DNA of 64,000 bases from an uncultured delta proteobacterium (GCA_963785235.1 CAWAUM010000012.1:32001-96000); one strand, 5' to 3'; positions 1-10,073 are shown, counted from the first letter of the stretch. Made by a program: numbers and translations. The notes: generated by a model not told the origin, from the letters alone.

Positions 1-212
1 AAGAAATATTCAAAAATAATGAACCACATCCTGGGCAGTGACTTGTAGAGAACACATCGCTCGCGATTTACATAGGATACGTCCTTGACGATCTTGTAGA
101 TGATATCGGTTAACCAGATGGCGCTGCACAGAAAGACAGCAGCACGGATAAGGCGCTGTTTCAGTGTCAAAACCCCATCAGCTTTCATGAGATCAGTCTC
201 GGGGTTCTCCAT
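1..212 (-). CDS. Membrane protein, 5' part only (runs off the left edge; possibly a permease)
   Basis: Hand translation from ATG at 212: MENPETDLMKADGVLTLKQRLIRAAVFLCSAIWLTDIIYKIV...WFIIFEYF, open to the edge with hydrophobic segments. Confidence 0.45.
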   Translation of the reverse strand, partial: MENPETDLMKADGVLTLKQRLIRAAVFLCSAIWLTDIIYKIVKDVSYVNRERCVLYKSLPRMWFIIFEYF

Positions 213-545
213 CCGACCTTTTCCAACTCCCGCCAATTACTTCATTTGAACCCATCATGCAGATCCTGGGGTATCACTTGATGTTTTTAATACTAAATCC
301 CCAGCGCATTTGGGCCGTAAGGCATCCATCACCTATTAAAACACTGTACCGCGAACAAGCCATACTTGTCGAAAAGAATATATAGCAACCTCTCAGGAGC
401 TTGTGCTATAAAACAGGCAGGAGATGGCCGTTTTTTTGATATATAAACGTTCTCTGTTATTAGTGCGGTTTCCTTTCATTTACCTGAGTATGTAATTATT
501 TTGAATTTGAGATTAACTCCAAAGGGTCCCCGCAAGGAGGTTTGT

Positions 546-1529
546 ATGGAGAGAATGCTTCCGGCACGCATCATCATCTTTTTCATCCTCTTGTCTCTCC
601 TCACCCAGTGCAATGTATCCGGTCACCGCCCGGGCGAGCTGGCGGTAATCCCCGAATCGGCCAGGACCGTCACGTTCGGCGGCACCACCTGGTCGGATGT
701 CGTATTCCAGCATACCCAGCATTCGGAGCACTACAAAGGGCAGTGCATAAAGTGTCATGACCATCAGGCCATAGCCGGGGAAACGCACTGGTATTGCAGG
801 TCGTGCCACACAGCGGGCCAGGACAGCGAAAAACTCTGCAAGCCTGACCAGTATCATGGGTGCATCATGACCCAGTGCAGCAACTGCCATGAGACCAAGG
901 GGGCAAACCCGGGAATGTCATGTGCAGGCTGCCATAAGGGAGGGGAAAAGGCCAAAAGTGCTGAATCTCCAGTTCCAGTTCCAGTTCCAACTCCAACTCC
1001 AGCTCCAACTCCAGCTCCAACACCAACTCCCGTTCCAACTCCTGAACTCCCTGCATCATTCTCAAAGACTTATGTGGGTTCAATAGACCAACAAAGCCAG
1101 GTGGATAACATCACGTTTAAAATCCTGGCACCAGGAAGCCTTGTGATCGATGTGGATGCGTGGGAGGGCTGTGGAAGCAAGGTAACTATTCCCACTGACC
1201 TATTCGCAGACGGAGTTTCTAATAATAGACTCAAAGCGAATATATACCTTTTCAACAATTCCGGGAGTCTTGTAGCCAGCAAGGTGGGCCAATATCCCGG
1301 AGAAGGGGCACCAGGCGCCCACTCTACACGAACCGGGCAAAGCCCATATCTTGCAATAAATATAACCACCGGCACTTACACCCTGGCCATCGGAAGTTAT
1401 CCCCTGAGTGAAGCCGACGCAAAGGCAGGTAATAATTCAGATGGTTCCTCCTGGACAAATTATGATGACTACCATCTGATCAATCTTTACAATAAGTATA
1501 GAGTAAAAGTCGTTTTCCAACTCCCATGA
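546..1529 (+). CDS. Exported tetraheme c-type cytochrome (c3/c7-like) with Pro/Thr stalk and C-terminal beta-rich domain
   Basis: AAGGAGG before ATG 546; hydrophobic N-terminus ending LLTQC; VVFQHTQH plus CIKCH, CRSCH, CSNCH, CAGCH; PVPVPVPTPTPAPT linker. Confidence 0.8.
   Translation: MERMLPARIIIFFILLSLLTQCNVSGHRPGELAVIPESARTVTFGGTTWSDVVFQHTQHSEHYKGQCIKCHDHQAIAGETHWYCRSCHTAGQDSEKLCKPDQYHGCIMTQCSNCHETKGANPGMSCAGCHKGGEKAKSAESPVPVPVPTPTPAPTPAPTPTPVPTPELPASFSKTYVGSIDQQSQVDNITFKILAPGSLVIDVDAWEGCGSKVTIPTDLFADGVSNNRLKANIYLFNNSGSLVASKVGQYPGEGAPGAHSTRTGQSPYLAINITTGTYTLAIGSYPLSEADAKAGNNSDGSSWTNYDDYHLINLYNKYRVKVVFQLP
969..1043 (+). repeat. Imperfect hexamer tandem repeat (CCARYT) encoding the Pro-X linker
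   Basis: ccagttccagttccagttccaactccaactccagct... seen directly. Confidence 0.9.
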
Positions 1530-2434
1530 GAAGAATGAACATTATTACGGCCACTCATCAATCAGGGGTTTTGAATTGGGCACTATCCGGAGTGCCATCA
1601 TCCCAATACGGGTCCCAGCAGAATATGCCTGCCTCAAATAATTCCGGCACCTCCATAAGACTCGCCCGCATCCTGGCCATGATCTCTGTAGCCATTGTCC
1701 TGAGCGCCTGCAGCACCGCATCCCTTGGCTCATCCCACCCGGGCATCTCCCGGTCAGACCGCACTGGCCTGGCGGTGCTCAATTTGAAAAATGCCACGCC
1801 CAAGGACTCTGCCGGACAGTTCCAGCCCTGGGAATATGGCATCGCCACCATGCTGACCACAGACATTGAGGCCATTGGCATATTCAATGTCGTAGAGCGG
1901 GAGCGGCTCCTGGACATCGCCAGGGAGCTAGAACTCCAGAAGACCGATCTCGTGGACAAAGAGACGGCCGTTTCCATCGGCAAGATGACAGCGGCCACGT
2001 ATATCCTCACCGGCTCATTCACCGAGATGAACGGCCAGCTCAGGATCGCAGTGCAGATCTTCTCCGTGGAACAGGGCATCCAGCTGGGCGCGGCTTCCAT
2101 GACAGGCAAGACCGAGGAGTTTTTCCTTCTTGAAAAGAGGCTCTTCATCAAAGTCATCGAGTTCCTTGAAGTCATGATAACCGAAGAGAAAAGAGCACGG
2201 ATCATGGACACCATCGAGACCAAGTCCGTAGATGCCTCTTTGAAGAACTATTCCGGCGAGATGACCGTAGCAAAGGCGGGGACGCTGAGAAAGGCGGGAA
2301 GGGACGACGAGGCACTCAGGCTGCTGGGCCAGGCAAAAAAGGAGTTTTCAGAAGCGCTCGCTTACGATCCGGATTACGCACGGGCCAAGAACAATCTCGC
2401 AACGCTGGCAATGGCCATTCCCATAACACTGTAG
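1526..2434 (+). CDS. CsgG/TolB_N-like lipoprotein with C-terminal TPR (true start may be downstream)
   Basis: Lipobox VLSAC; VVERERLLDIARELELQ...AVSIGKMTAATYILTGS; TPR-like ALAYDPDYARAKNNLA. Confidence 0.75.
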   Translation: MRRMNIITATHQSGVLNWALSGVPSSQYGSQQNMPASNNSGTSIRLARILAMISVAIVLSACSTASLGSSHPGISRSDRTGLAVLNLKNATPKDSAGQFQPWEYGIATMLTTDIEAIGIFNVVERERLLDIARELELQKTDLVDKETAVSIGKMTAATYILTGSFTEMNGQLRIAVQIFSVEQGIQLGAASMTGKTEEFFLLEKRLFIKVIEFLEVMITEEKRARIMDTIETKSVDASLKNYSGEMTVAKAGTLRKAGRDDEALRLLGQAKKEFSEALAYDPDYARAKNNLATLAMAIPITL

Positions 2435-2494
2435 GGGATCGTTCCGGCATCATGAAAAAGGATTGCGGATAGGATGATAAAAGGGGGTTATGCC

Positions 2495-3355
2495 ATGAAG
2501 AAGGCATGGGGGGTAATCGGAATACTGGCTGTCATTCTTGCTGTGCCTCTCACACACACTCATGCCGGCACCTTTATGGTCGGCGCCAAGTACTGGTATG
2601 CACAGTGGGACTCGGCTGTTCTGGACTGGTTTGAAAAGGATATCGGGGTGGGGTTCAAGGCCCTGGGAGTAACCCTGAACTCTGATATCGATACCGGGAC
2701 CGGATACATGGCCGGGCCTGTCTTCGGCTATCAGACCGATGACAAATCCTGGTCGTTCAGCTTCGCTCCCATGGCGCTCAGCTCTTTTTCCCAGGATTGG
2801 AAGGGCACGGCAGGCAGCATGATCCTCAAAACCGATATAGACACGACCCGCAGGGATTACGATCTGGCCGCCACTTATTCGCTCTCGCAGTATAAAGAGA
2901 AACTGCCGTTCCTTGAATATTGCAGGGTCTATGCAGGGTTCAAGTACCAGACCGTGAAGTATGACCTGAAACTTGACTACAATACCGAGATGGGTGATGT
3001 CACCTATGACTATAAGCTCGATGCAAAGGTCAGCATGCCCACACTCGGCGCCGGAGTGGTATACCCGGTATCCGACAAGCTCGTGCTCGGGCTGCAGGGC
3101 GGAGTGGGCCTGGCTCTCATCGACCTGAAGATGAAAGACCCCTACCATGTTACCTTTGATATTGATCCCGATTATTCTTTCATGTTCAATGCCGAAGGGA
3201 GTGTGAACTTCCTGCCCATGAACAACCTGATTTTGCAGCTTGGCCTGAGGTATCAGGAATGGTACCTGAAAGCCCGGAGCCCGCAGCGTTGGGACAAGAC
3301 CGAATCCCGGGATAGATCCTTTGGCCCGACACTGACCGCGGTGTATACATTCTGA
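2495..3355 (+). CDS. Outer-membrane beta-barrel protein
   Basis: Signal peptide MKKAWGVIGILAVILAVPLTHTHA; alternating beta-strand pattern; C-terminal LTAVYTF. Confidence 0.75.
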   Translation: MKKAWGVIGILAVILAVPLTHTHAGTFMVGAKYWYAQWDSAVLDWFEKDIGVGFKALGVTLNSDIDTGTGYMAGPVFGYQTDDKSWSFSFAPMALSSFSQDWKGTAGSMILKTDIDTTRRDYDLAATYSLSQYKEKLPFLEYCRVYAGFKYQTVKYDLKLDYNTEMGDVTYDYKLDAKVSMPTLGAGVVYPVSDKLVLGLQGGVGLALIDLKMKDPYHVTFDIDPDYSFMFNAEGSVNFLPMNNLILQLGLRYQEWYLKARSPQRWDKTESRDRSFGPTLTAVYTF

Positions 3356-3398
3356 TAGCTTGCTGTTATAAAACACCCTCGTCCCTGGAGTTTATGAT

Positions 3399-4310
3399 AT
3401 GCACCGAGAGATCCCAGACATCGCCATCATGTTCGTTGATATATCGGGCAGCACGAGTTTGTACGAAACCCTTGGAAATGAGCCTGCCTATAAGCTGGTG
3501 ACCAAGTGCATATCCATCCTTTCGAATATCATTGACCAGCACAAGGGCACACTCATCAAGACCATCGGCGATGAAGTCATGTGCACCTTTTCCGATGCCT
3601 GCCAGGCAATAAACGCTGCAATCAAGATGAACAACAGCTTCGAGGACATTTTCAAGACCCGTCTGAAAAAAAACCTCAGGCCGAGCCTGCGCATCGGGCT
3701 ACATACCGGCAGGGTGATCAGGCAGGACAATGACGTGTTCGGTGATGCAGTGAACATGGCCGCACGGATGGTGTCACTTGCAAAACCCAAACAGATCCTC
3801 GCGACCCAGGAGATGATCGATGAACTCCCTTCAGATTTGCAGGAAAAGTCCAGGTTTGTGGACAAGACAAGGATAAAGGGCAAGGACGGCGAGTTCAACA
3901 TTTATGAGGTTATCTGGAACGTGGGCGACATGACCCTCGTGCTGTTCGACGGCACAGACAGCCAGGACCAATGCGAGCGCCTCCACCTCAGGTACGGGAA
4001 AAAAGATGTCTACATGGACAAGGACAGGCCTGCCTTGATGCTGGGCAGGCTGCCCGAGAACGACCTGATCGTGGATGACGACATTGCCTCGCGCTTTCAT
4101 GCACGCATCGAATACCACCGGGGCAAGTTCGTGCTCATCGACCAGAGCTCAAACGGAACCTATGTCTTCCCGGACGGACAGAAGCCCGCCTATATCCATC
4201 ATGATGAATGCGTACTGAGCAGCTGCGGCTACATCAGCCTGGGGCGCGAAGCCAAGGCCGGGTCTGTGGATATGATACGCTTCTCCTGTAACAAAACGGC
4301 CCTGCGTTGA
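3399..4310 (+). CDS. Class III adenylate/guanylate cyclase with C-terminal FHA domain
   Basis: AIMFVDISGST, KTIGDEVM, DVFGDAVNMAAR; FHA motifs LGR, SRFHA, SSNGT. Confidence 0.9.
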   Translation: MHREIPDIAIMFVDISGSTSLYETLGNEPAYKLVTKCISILSNIIDQHKGTLIKTIGDEVMCTFSDACQAINAAIKMNNSFEDIFKTRLKKNLRPSLRIGLHTGRVIRQDNDVFGDAVNMAARMVSLAKPKQILATQEMIDELPSDLQEKSRFVDKTRIKGKDGEFNIYEVIWNVGDMTLVLFDGTDSQDQCERLHLRYGKKDVYMDKDRPALMLGRLPENDLIVDDDIASRFHARIEYHRGKFVLIDQSSNGTYVFPDGQKPAYIHHDECVLSSCGYISLGREAKAGSVDMIRFSCNKTALR

Positions 4311-4431
4311 ATCGCAGGGCCGTTCTTTCTCAATGTTTTGACCAGTCGGACTATACTGGGAAAAACTGATCGCGGCTTAAGCCGCTCCTACAGCATATCT
4401 CCTCTGTCGGCATACAACATCCTGGCCGTAA

Positions 4432-4953
4432 TCATTTTGTTTTCAACAGCTCAACGGCTGCATCGCGGGCTGCCTTGATCCAGCCGGCAATATCATTGGC
4501 CCCTGCCGTCATCTTTGCCGTCCTGATAACCTTACCGGTTGCCACATCGACCATTCTCAGGTCCAGGCGCATGGTATTTCCCACTACCATATAACCTCCG
4601 AAGACCATCTCGCGGGCCCCGATCATTTTGCCCACCTTCAGCCTGGTGGATTCATCAGCCAGTTCCGAAGAACCCAGCTTGAGCTCCTCGAGCATTGCAA
4701 CGAGCTTTTCCCGTTCAACCACCTGGATGTCGGAAGACTGCAGGGTCTGGATGATCTCACCTGCCAGGACCTGACCGAGGTCCGGCCTGCCGGAATCTTT
4801 AAAGCTCAGGTTCTCCGGGTCCCATACTGCCACGGCACTGATGACCGGCTGCTCGGCTGTAGTGGCGCACCCCACGAAAGCGCCTATCCATACGGCCAGG
4901 CAGACCAGCATCATGGCCTGACTATAGAGGGCTATGCCCCTATTCTTTAACAT
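4432..4953 (-). CDS. CsgG/TolB_N-like lipoprotein
   Basis: Lipobox FVGC; VVEREKLVAMLEELKLGSSELAD...KVGKMIGA. Confidence 0.75.
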   Translation of the reverse strand: MLKNRGIALYSQAMMLVCLAVWIGAFVGCATTAEQPVISAVAVWDPENLSFKDSGRPDLGQVLAGEIIQTLQSSDIQVVEREKLVAMLEELKLGSSELADESTRLKVGKMIGAREMVFGGYMVVGNTMRLDLRMVDVATGKVIRTAKMTAGANDIAGWIKAARDAAVELLKTK

Positions 4954-6883
4954 CTTCAACCTTTTCAATGATCTTGTCATCCTTGGTGATTGATCTCTTC
5001 TTGCTCACAATGCTGCAATAGGCCAGCCCGGGCTCGGTCCTGGTCACCTCGAGCTCGCCCACCACGTTCGGTGATGATTTGAGTTTCTTGCCCTTGTACT
5101 CTATCTCCTTGCCGCCTTCGATGACATTGAACTTTGTCCCTGCCACCACCCCCTGGTCCATGCCCAGGTTGATCATGGCCTTGCCGTCGGTGACGTCGAC
5201 CACATAGGCGTGCAGGGGATATTCCTTGATGATTGCGCCTAAGATCTGCCGGTTGAGCATAAATATATCCTTGGTCTGCAGTCCGCCTGAGGCCATCTGC
5301 AGGGTGATAACCTTGGCGATGGAGGTGGTCTCGGTGTCTATGAGGCGCATGTTCAGCAGCGTGCCTTCAGGCATAGTGAACATGGTGCCGGTGCCCATGA
5401 CCCGGGCCGCAAGCACGCGGCCGAGCTTCAGAGAGGTCTCGGGGTCGGCCAGTTCGGAAGAGCCGAGGTTAAGCTCTTCTAAAAGCTTGTCCAGCAGCAC
5501 GCGGTCCACCACCTTCACCCTGCCCGAGGCCTTGAGCTGCTCTCCGAGCTGGGCGGTGAGCACGGTGGACATGCCTTCCCGTTCCGAGAGGCCGCCGGTC
5601 TCCTGAAAGTCCACAAAGGAAAGCACCATGGGGGCCGATGTCCACGTATCTTCGGGCTTCGGCTGCTTCTGCTGGGTCCTGAACCGTTCCGCCAGGTCCT
5701 TCACAAGCTTGTCCACACGGTCCTTCCGGGCTGAGTCCTTCTGGTATGCGAGCATCTCAGAGGCCCTTGCTGCAAGGACCCTGGAAAAGGTGTCATCCTT
5801 GTTTACACTCTGGCCCTGCTTGTACGAATCAAGGGCCTTGTCCCACTTGCCCTCCTTCTCGTAGGCCACGCCCTTGTTGGCCATGGCCTCCACATAGTAG
5901 GGGTCAAGGGCCACTGCCTGGTCATAGAGGTCGCGCGACTTCTTGTAGTCCTTTACGCTGGCATAGAGGCGGCCCAGCTTGTTGTAGGCGACAGCCTTCT
6001 GATAGGTCTCGGCATCGCCCTTTTTCGTGGCGGCCTCATATTCGGCCTGTGCCTCCTTTTTCCTGTTCTGAGAGTAGAGGACGTCGGCCTTCACCACGTG
6101 TGCATATGCCCGGTTGGGCGCCTTCTTCTCAACCTCACCGGCCAGCACCAGGGCCTTGTCGGCCTTACCCTGCTTCGCATAAACAGCTGCCAGGCCTTCC
6201 TTGCCCAGGATCTCGGCCAGGCCTTTTCCCTTGGCCATAGCAGCAAAGGTCTTTTCCGCATCTCCCACCTTGCCTGCCTTCAACGCCGCATACCCGTTCA
6301 CGGCCCTGGCCTGGTCATTGTCCGGGTTGTTCCTGGCCACGTCATCGCTGATGGCCAGCGCTACAGCCGTGTCCTTCTGCTGGAGCTTGCGTTCGGCCAG
6401 CCTCACCAGCATGACGCTCATGGTCTTGCCGCCGCCCTGAAAGACATCCAGCACCTTCAGGTCGGGCCCTATGATGCAGACCGTGGGCAGGATGGCCTTG
6501 GCGTTGTATTTCTCACTCACCGAGGCGGTGTCGAGCAGAATGGGGAAAGACGGTTTTGTCTTGGCCGCAAAGTCGGCTGAGAGGGCCTTGGTGGAACGGG
6601 TGACCCCCCATACGACGAGCTGTGCATTTTTATACTTCTTGGCAATCTGGTCCAGGCTCAACAGCCCTTCCTGGGAAGGCCTTGATGCTGCATCGAAGAA
6701 ATAGAGCACCACCATGGGGCCCTTCTTCATAGCAGACAGGTCATGTTTATTTCCCCCCAGGTCCTGAAGCGAGAAGACCGGGGCTGTCTGGCCGGCAGCC
6801 AGGGCATGGCACAGCGGCGCCCCCGAGACAAACATCGCCAGGGCCAGCACCAGACACACGATTATCCGACTGATATGCTTCAT
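4940..6883 (-). CDS. Exported redoxin-like + TPR + CsgG-like + FlgT-C-like multidomain protein
   Basis: GGAGGAGG before ATG 6883; signal peptide; APVFSLQDLGG redoxin fold; TPR repeats; VVDRVLLDKLLEELNLGSSELAD; INLGMDQGVVAG. Confidence 0.75.
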   Translation of the reverse strand: MKHISRIIVCLVLALAMFVSGAPLCHALAAGQTAPVFSLQDLGGNKHDLSAMKKGPMVVLYFFDAASRPSQEGLLSLDQIAKKYKNAQLVVWGVTRSTKALSADFAAKTKPSFPILLDTASVSEKYNAKAILPTVCIIGPDLKVLDVFQGGGKTMSVMLVRLAERKLQQKDTAVALAISDDVARNNPDNDQARAVNGYAALKAGKVGDAEKTFAAMAKGKGLAEILGKEGLAAVYAKQGKADKALVLAGEVEKKAPNRAYAHVVKADVLYSQNRKKEAQAEYEAATKKGDAETYQKAVAYNKLGRLYASVKDYKKSRDLYDQAVALDPYYVEAMANKGVAYEKEGKWDKALDSYKQGQSVNKDDTFSRVLAARASEMLAYQKDSARKDRVDKLVKDLAERFRTQQKQPKPEDTWTSAPMVLSFVDFQETGGLSEREGMSTVLTAQLGEQLKASGRVKVVDRVLLDKLLEELNLGSSELADPETSLKLGRVLAARVMGTGTMFTMPEGTLLNMRLIDTETTSIAKVITLQMASGGLQTKDIFMLNRQILGAIIKEYPLHAYVVDVTDGKAMINLGMDQGVVAGTKFNVIEGGKEIEYKGKKLKSSPNVVGELEVTRTEPGLAYCSIVSKKRSITKDDKIIEKVEDVKE

Positions 6884-7015
6884 ATTCTTCCTCCTCCTTG
6901 ATTTCCCGTTTCCATAATAAAGATTCTCCACGGATTGGCAAGCCGGAAACGAATCCATCCGGCCCTCATTTCTTATCAGGCAGGGTGAAAAAGCTCCCAT
7001 TGCCGCACTGGCTTC

Positions 7016-7981
7016 TCAGACATGGTTCCTCAGCATCAGCTCCATGGGGTGCGGCTGCAGGAACAGCTGGCCCATCAGATAGGGGCTCTGATATTTCCGT
7101 ATGTAGTGGTTCATCAGGGTGACCGGGACAATGAGCGGGACAAGCCCGTCATGGTAGTGCCCGATGAGCCCCTTGAGCTCGGCCTTTTCATCCATCCCGA
7201 GCTCCTTCTTGAAATACCCCATCATGTGCATGAGCACATTGGTGTTCTTTTTGACCGTTGCGATCTTTTTCAGGGCCGTGATGAAAGGCCCGAAATAGGC
7301 GTCATAGAGTTCAGGCTGGGAATATGACTTCCCGTGGGCAACCAGAGCGCCGAGTTCCTTGAGGGTCTTGGGGCAGTGGGCCATGAGCAGATACTTGTGA
7401 GACGCATGGAAAGCCATCAGGTCCTTCAGCGATCTCTGTCTCCCCACCAGTTCATGCCAGCGGTGCATGACAAAGATGCGCTCAATGAAGTTTTCCCGGA
7501 GTCCTGCATCCTGAAGCCTTCCGTCTTCCTCCACGGGGAGCAGGGGGAACCGGGCCGTGAACCCTGCGGCGAACACGCCCACTGCGTTGTTCGCAGCACC
7601 ACCTTCTTTGTACACCTTGACCCGCATGAGCCCCGAACTGGGGGACCTGGACTTGAAGATGAACCCGCAGAGATTCATGCCGGACAATGCATCGAGCCTG
7701 GGGCCCATCCAGGACTTCATCTTGTGTGTCATATCCTTGCCGGTCTGCCTGGTTACGAGTCTGATCCCGCCACCTTCCTCCACCAGGTGTACAGCCTCGC
7801 GGGGTATGCCCATCCCGCATTCCACTTCGGGGCATACCGGTACAAAGTCGACATACCTGCCCAGCACATCTCTGAGATACCGGTCGAGCTTGTGCCCCCC
7901 GTCATACCGCACGTTCTCGCCCAGCAGGCAGGTGCTTATCCCTATGAGTGGCTTATCCGTCATGGTAGAAGCGAATTTCAT
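7016..7981 (-). CDS. DUF523/DUF1722 (YbgA-like) protein
   Basis: IGISTCLLGENVRYDGGH, PVCPEVECGMGIPRE, KSRSPSSG, LMAFHASHKYLLMAH. Confidence 0.9.
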   Translation of the reverse strand: MKFASTMTDKPLIGISTCLLGENVRYDGGHKLDRYLRDVLGRYVDFVPVCPEVECGMGIPREAVHLVEEGGGIRLVTRQTGKDMTHKMKSWMGPRLDALSGMNLCGFIFKSRSPSSGLMRVKVYKEGGAANNAVGVFAAGFTARFPLLPVEEDGRLQDAGLRENFIERIFVMHRWHELVGRQRSLKDLMAFHASHKYLLMAHCPKTLKELGALVAHGKSYSQPELYDAYFGPFITALKKIATVKKNTNVLMHMMGYFKKELGMDEKAELKGLIGHYHDGLVPLIVPVTLMNHYIRKYQSPYLMGQLFLQPHPMELMLRNHV

Positions 7982-8025
7982 GTCTGGTAAAAAAGTATCG
8001 GGCCTTGAAACTTGACGTAGAGCAT

Positions 8026-8376
8026 TCAGCCCATAAGTTTTCGAAGCTCAGTGGCATCAAAAACCAGCCGAATGGATTTAATCTTGCCGCCTGTTACCGA
8101 AAAGAACTCAGCTGTTCTGATCACACCTGCAGGGCTCATAGTGTCGCAATCATAGAGCAAAGCGGCTCCAGTTTCAGAAAAGAAACTTTGAATTACGTTG
8201 ATTCCCCGAAGCATCTTTTGGAACATAGTGAGCGTAGCGATAAAGTCATCAGCCCTGCGGAAGGTATCAATGCTTCCTTGAAATTCCAAATCATCTGCCA
8301 GGTGAACGCGTGCTGCCTCCATATCACCGCTCGTCCAAGCATTATGATAATCTGTCACAACCTGCTTCGTATCCAT
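8026..8376 (-). CDS. SnoaL-like/NTF2-fold protein (probable distal cassette)
   Basis: VVTDYHNAWTSGDMEAARVHLADDLEFQG...GGKIKSIRLVFD. Confidence 0.8.
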   Translation of the reverse strand: MDTKQVVTDYHNAWTSGDMEAARVHLADDLEFQGSIDTFRRADDFIATLTMFQKMLRGINVIQSFFSETGAALLYDCDTMSPAGVIRTAEFFSVTGGKIKSIRLVFDATELRKLMG

Positions 8377-8434
8377 GATCCATCCTCCTTTACTTCTCTG
8401 TTATCTTAACATCATTGAGGTACAGATCTAGGGT

Positions 8435-8502
8435 GCCCACCGTGAAAGCTTATGCGACGCGGCTCAGCCGCGTTCCCTGGAGCGCCACTGGCCCTGTTTA
8501 AA
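8435..8502 (-). repeat. Degenerate attC remnant
   Basis: Central ACGCGGCTCAGCCGCGT hairpin right after the MBL gene; core sites decayed. Confidence 0.35.
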
Positions 8503-9268
8503 ACTCCATTAATTCTCCATCTTCCGGGATCATTACCTTGCCGGACAATCCTTCTCTTGAAACAGCATCTCTGAGTATATCACGAGTTGTTAAACAATGA
8601 TTGAAGGCATCAAGATGCACGGCTATGACCTTACCAGGTGCGGCTCTCATAAAATCCAACTGCTCATTGAGAGGCATAAGAATGGGTCTGCCAAAATCAA
8701 GGGTTGCTGTTCCTGCATTTACTATTGATATATCAGGTCGAAGGTCTTTCAGTATCTGCCTGACAGTTTGCGTCATAACGGTATCACCGCTGATGTAAAT
8801 AGATCTGTCTCCCGGCAGTTCAATGAAATACCCTGCTCCCGGCCTCATGAGCATACCGGCTAAACCGTGTCCATGGGCAGTAGGAAAAGGGGTAATGCTC
8901 CCTGTGAGAAATTGACTTCTCTTATTCATTGTAAGGGGGATTGTATTGATGCGGCGGCGTCTCAGATACGGCTCATCAAGGGAATTGCAATATGCAGGGA
9001 CCTGTTTCTGTGCCAGCAGGCGGACCCCTGATTTATCAAGATGATCAAAATGTCCGTAACGGCAATGGGTGATGAGTCCGGAGGTAATTTGACTTAATAC
9101 GGATTTCGAGTCCGGGGGTAAATCAACGAGAGGGTTAAGTCGAGGTCTCTTGCGGAAAAGCGTATATGGCGGCAAACTGCCTTTCGGATTCAGGCAGGGA
9201 TCCACTAAGATTCTATGCTCATCATAATGAATGATCATGCATGCATTGCGGAGATGGTGTATCTTCAT
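8498..9268 (-). CDS. MBL-fold metallo-hydrolase (cassette)
   Basis: ITHCRYGHFDHLD, AHG, IYISGDT, AVHLDAFNHC. Confidence 0.85.
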   Translation of the reverse strand: MKIHHLRNACMIIHYDEHRILVDPCLNPKGSLPPYTLFRKRPRLNPLVDLPPDSKSVLSQITSGLITHCRYGHFDHLDKSGVRLLAQKQVPAYCNSLDEPYLRRRRINTIPLTMNKRSQFLTGSITPFPTAHGHGLAGMLMRPGAGYFIELPGDRSIYISGDTVMTQTVRQILKDLRPDISIVNAGTATLDFGRPILMPLNEQLDFMRAAPGKVIAVHLDAFNHCLTTRDILRDAVSREGLSGKVMIPEDGELMEF

Positions 9269-9288
9269 AAATCAACCCCCGAGTGTGA

Positions 9289-9338
9289 GGCCAAGGAGCA
9301 GATCAACCGAGGCCGTCGGCTGGATTTGCCGGTTGATC
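9289..9338 (-). repeat. Degenerate attC site
   Basis: GGCCAAG...CAGATCAACCGAGGCCGTCGGCTGGATTTGCCG-GTTGATC; resembles the attC sites at 11550 and 13881. Confidence 0.55.
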
Positions 9339-9362
9339 CAGCCATAGACATCTTTCCAAAGC

Positions 9363-10043
9363 TCACCGGTGCGGGTCTTCCGTTTCCGGTACAGCCCTTT
9401 GTCGGGTGGTATCTTTCCCGACTATTCTTTCAAAGGTACCGACAGGATCATTAAATATTTTCCTTTTCCCATAAGATTCAATGAATTGAATAATATGTTC
9501 AGCATCATCTGTGATTCTCACACATTCCGACTTTCCTTTTAATCTTTGGCCTTGCTCTCCATCATACTCGTCTGGATTCTCGGTAATCTCACCTTCAAGC
9601 CGTCCCTCCCGAATTGCATTTTCAAATATTTCTTCATCCCAATTGAACAATGACAGTCGATTATTATCCAACAAGTCATACATTACAAAAATATACCCAT
9701 CAAATTTTCCTTCAGGCAGCAAGGCTAACTGAATATTTAAAAAATTGTCTGTGCCGATACATGTAGGAAATGCGATGAATGAAGCCTTATCCATTGTTCC
9801 ATCGTTTTTATGTTCAATATATTGGATCTCCGTGTAATTATCCTTTCCCTTCCCAATGTGGAGATATGCATTGGTATTATCAATCTCTGCATGCCATGCC
9901 CCCGATAACCTCTCATCAAATTTCAGATTATTGGAATCAGAAAGTGGATGGAGTGATGTTGTTGGACAGCAACCTGAAAATATTACTGTCATTGCCAGGA
10001 GCACCGTGAAAGATGTTTTATTGATAGTGAAATGATAATTCAT
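9363..10043 (-). CDS. Hypothetical lipoprotein (cassette)
   Basis: Hydrophobic leader ending IFSGC; SLHPL...DERLSGAW. Confidence 0.65.
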   Translation of the reverse strand: MNYHFTINKTSFTVLLAMTVIFSGCCPTTSLHPLSDSNNLKFDERLSGAWHAEIDNTNAYLHIGKGKDNYTEIQYIEHKNDGTMDKASFIAFPTCIGTDNFLNIQLALLPEGKFDGYIFVMYDLLDNNRLSLFNWDEEIFENAIREGRLEGEITENPDEYDGEQGQRLKGKSECVRITDDAEHIIQFIESYGKRKIFNDPVGTFERIVGKDTTRQRAVPETEDPHR

Positions 10044-10073
10044 AAATCCCTCACCAGTGTCTCATAGGAAGAC

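Noticed and set aside
865-1086. ORFs with ELELEL and QLQLQL runs
   Set aside because: Alternative-frame readings of the Pro-X hexamer repeat in the cytochrome gene
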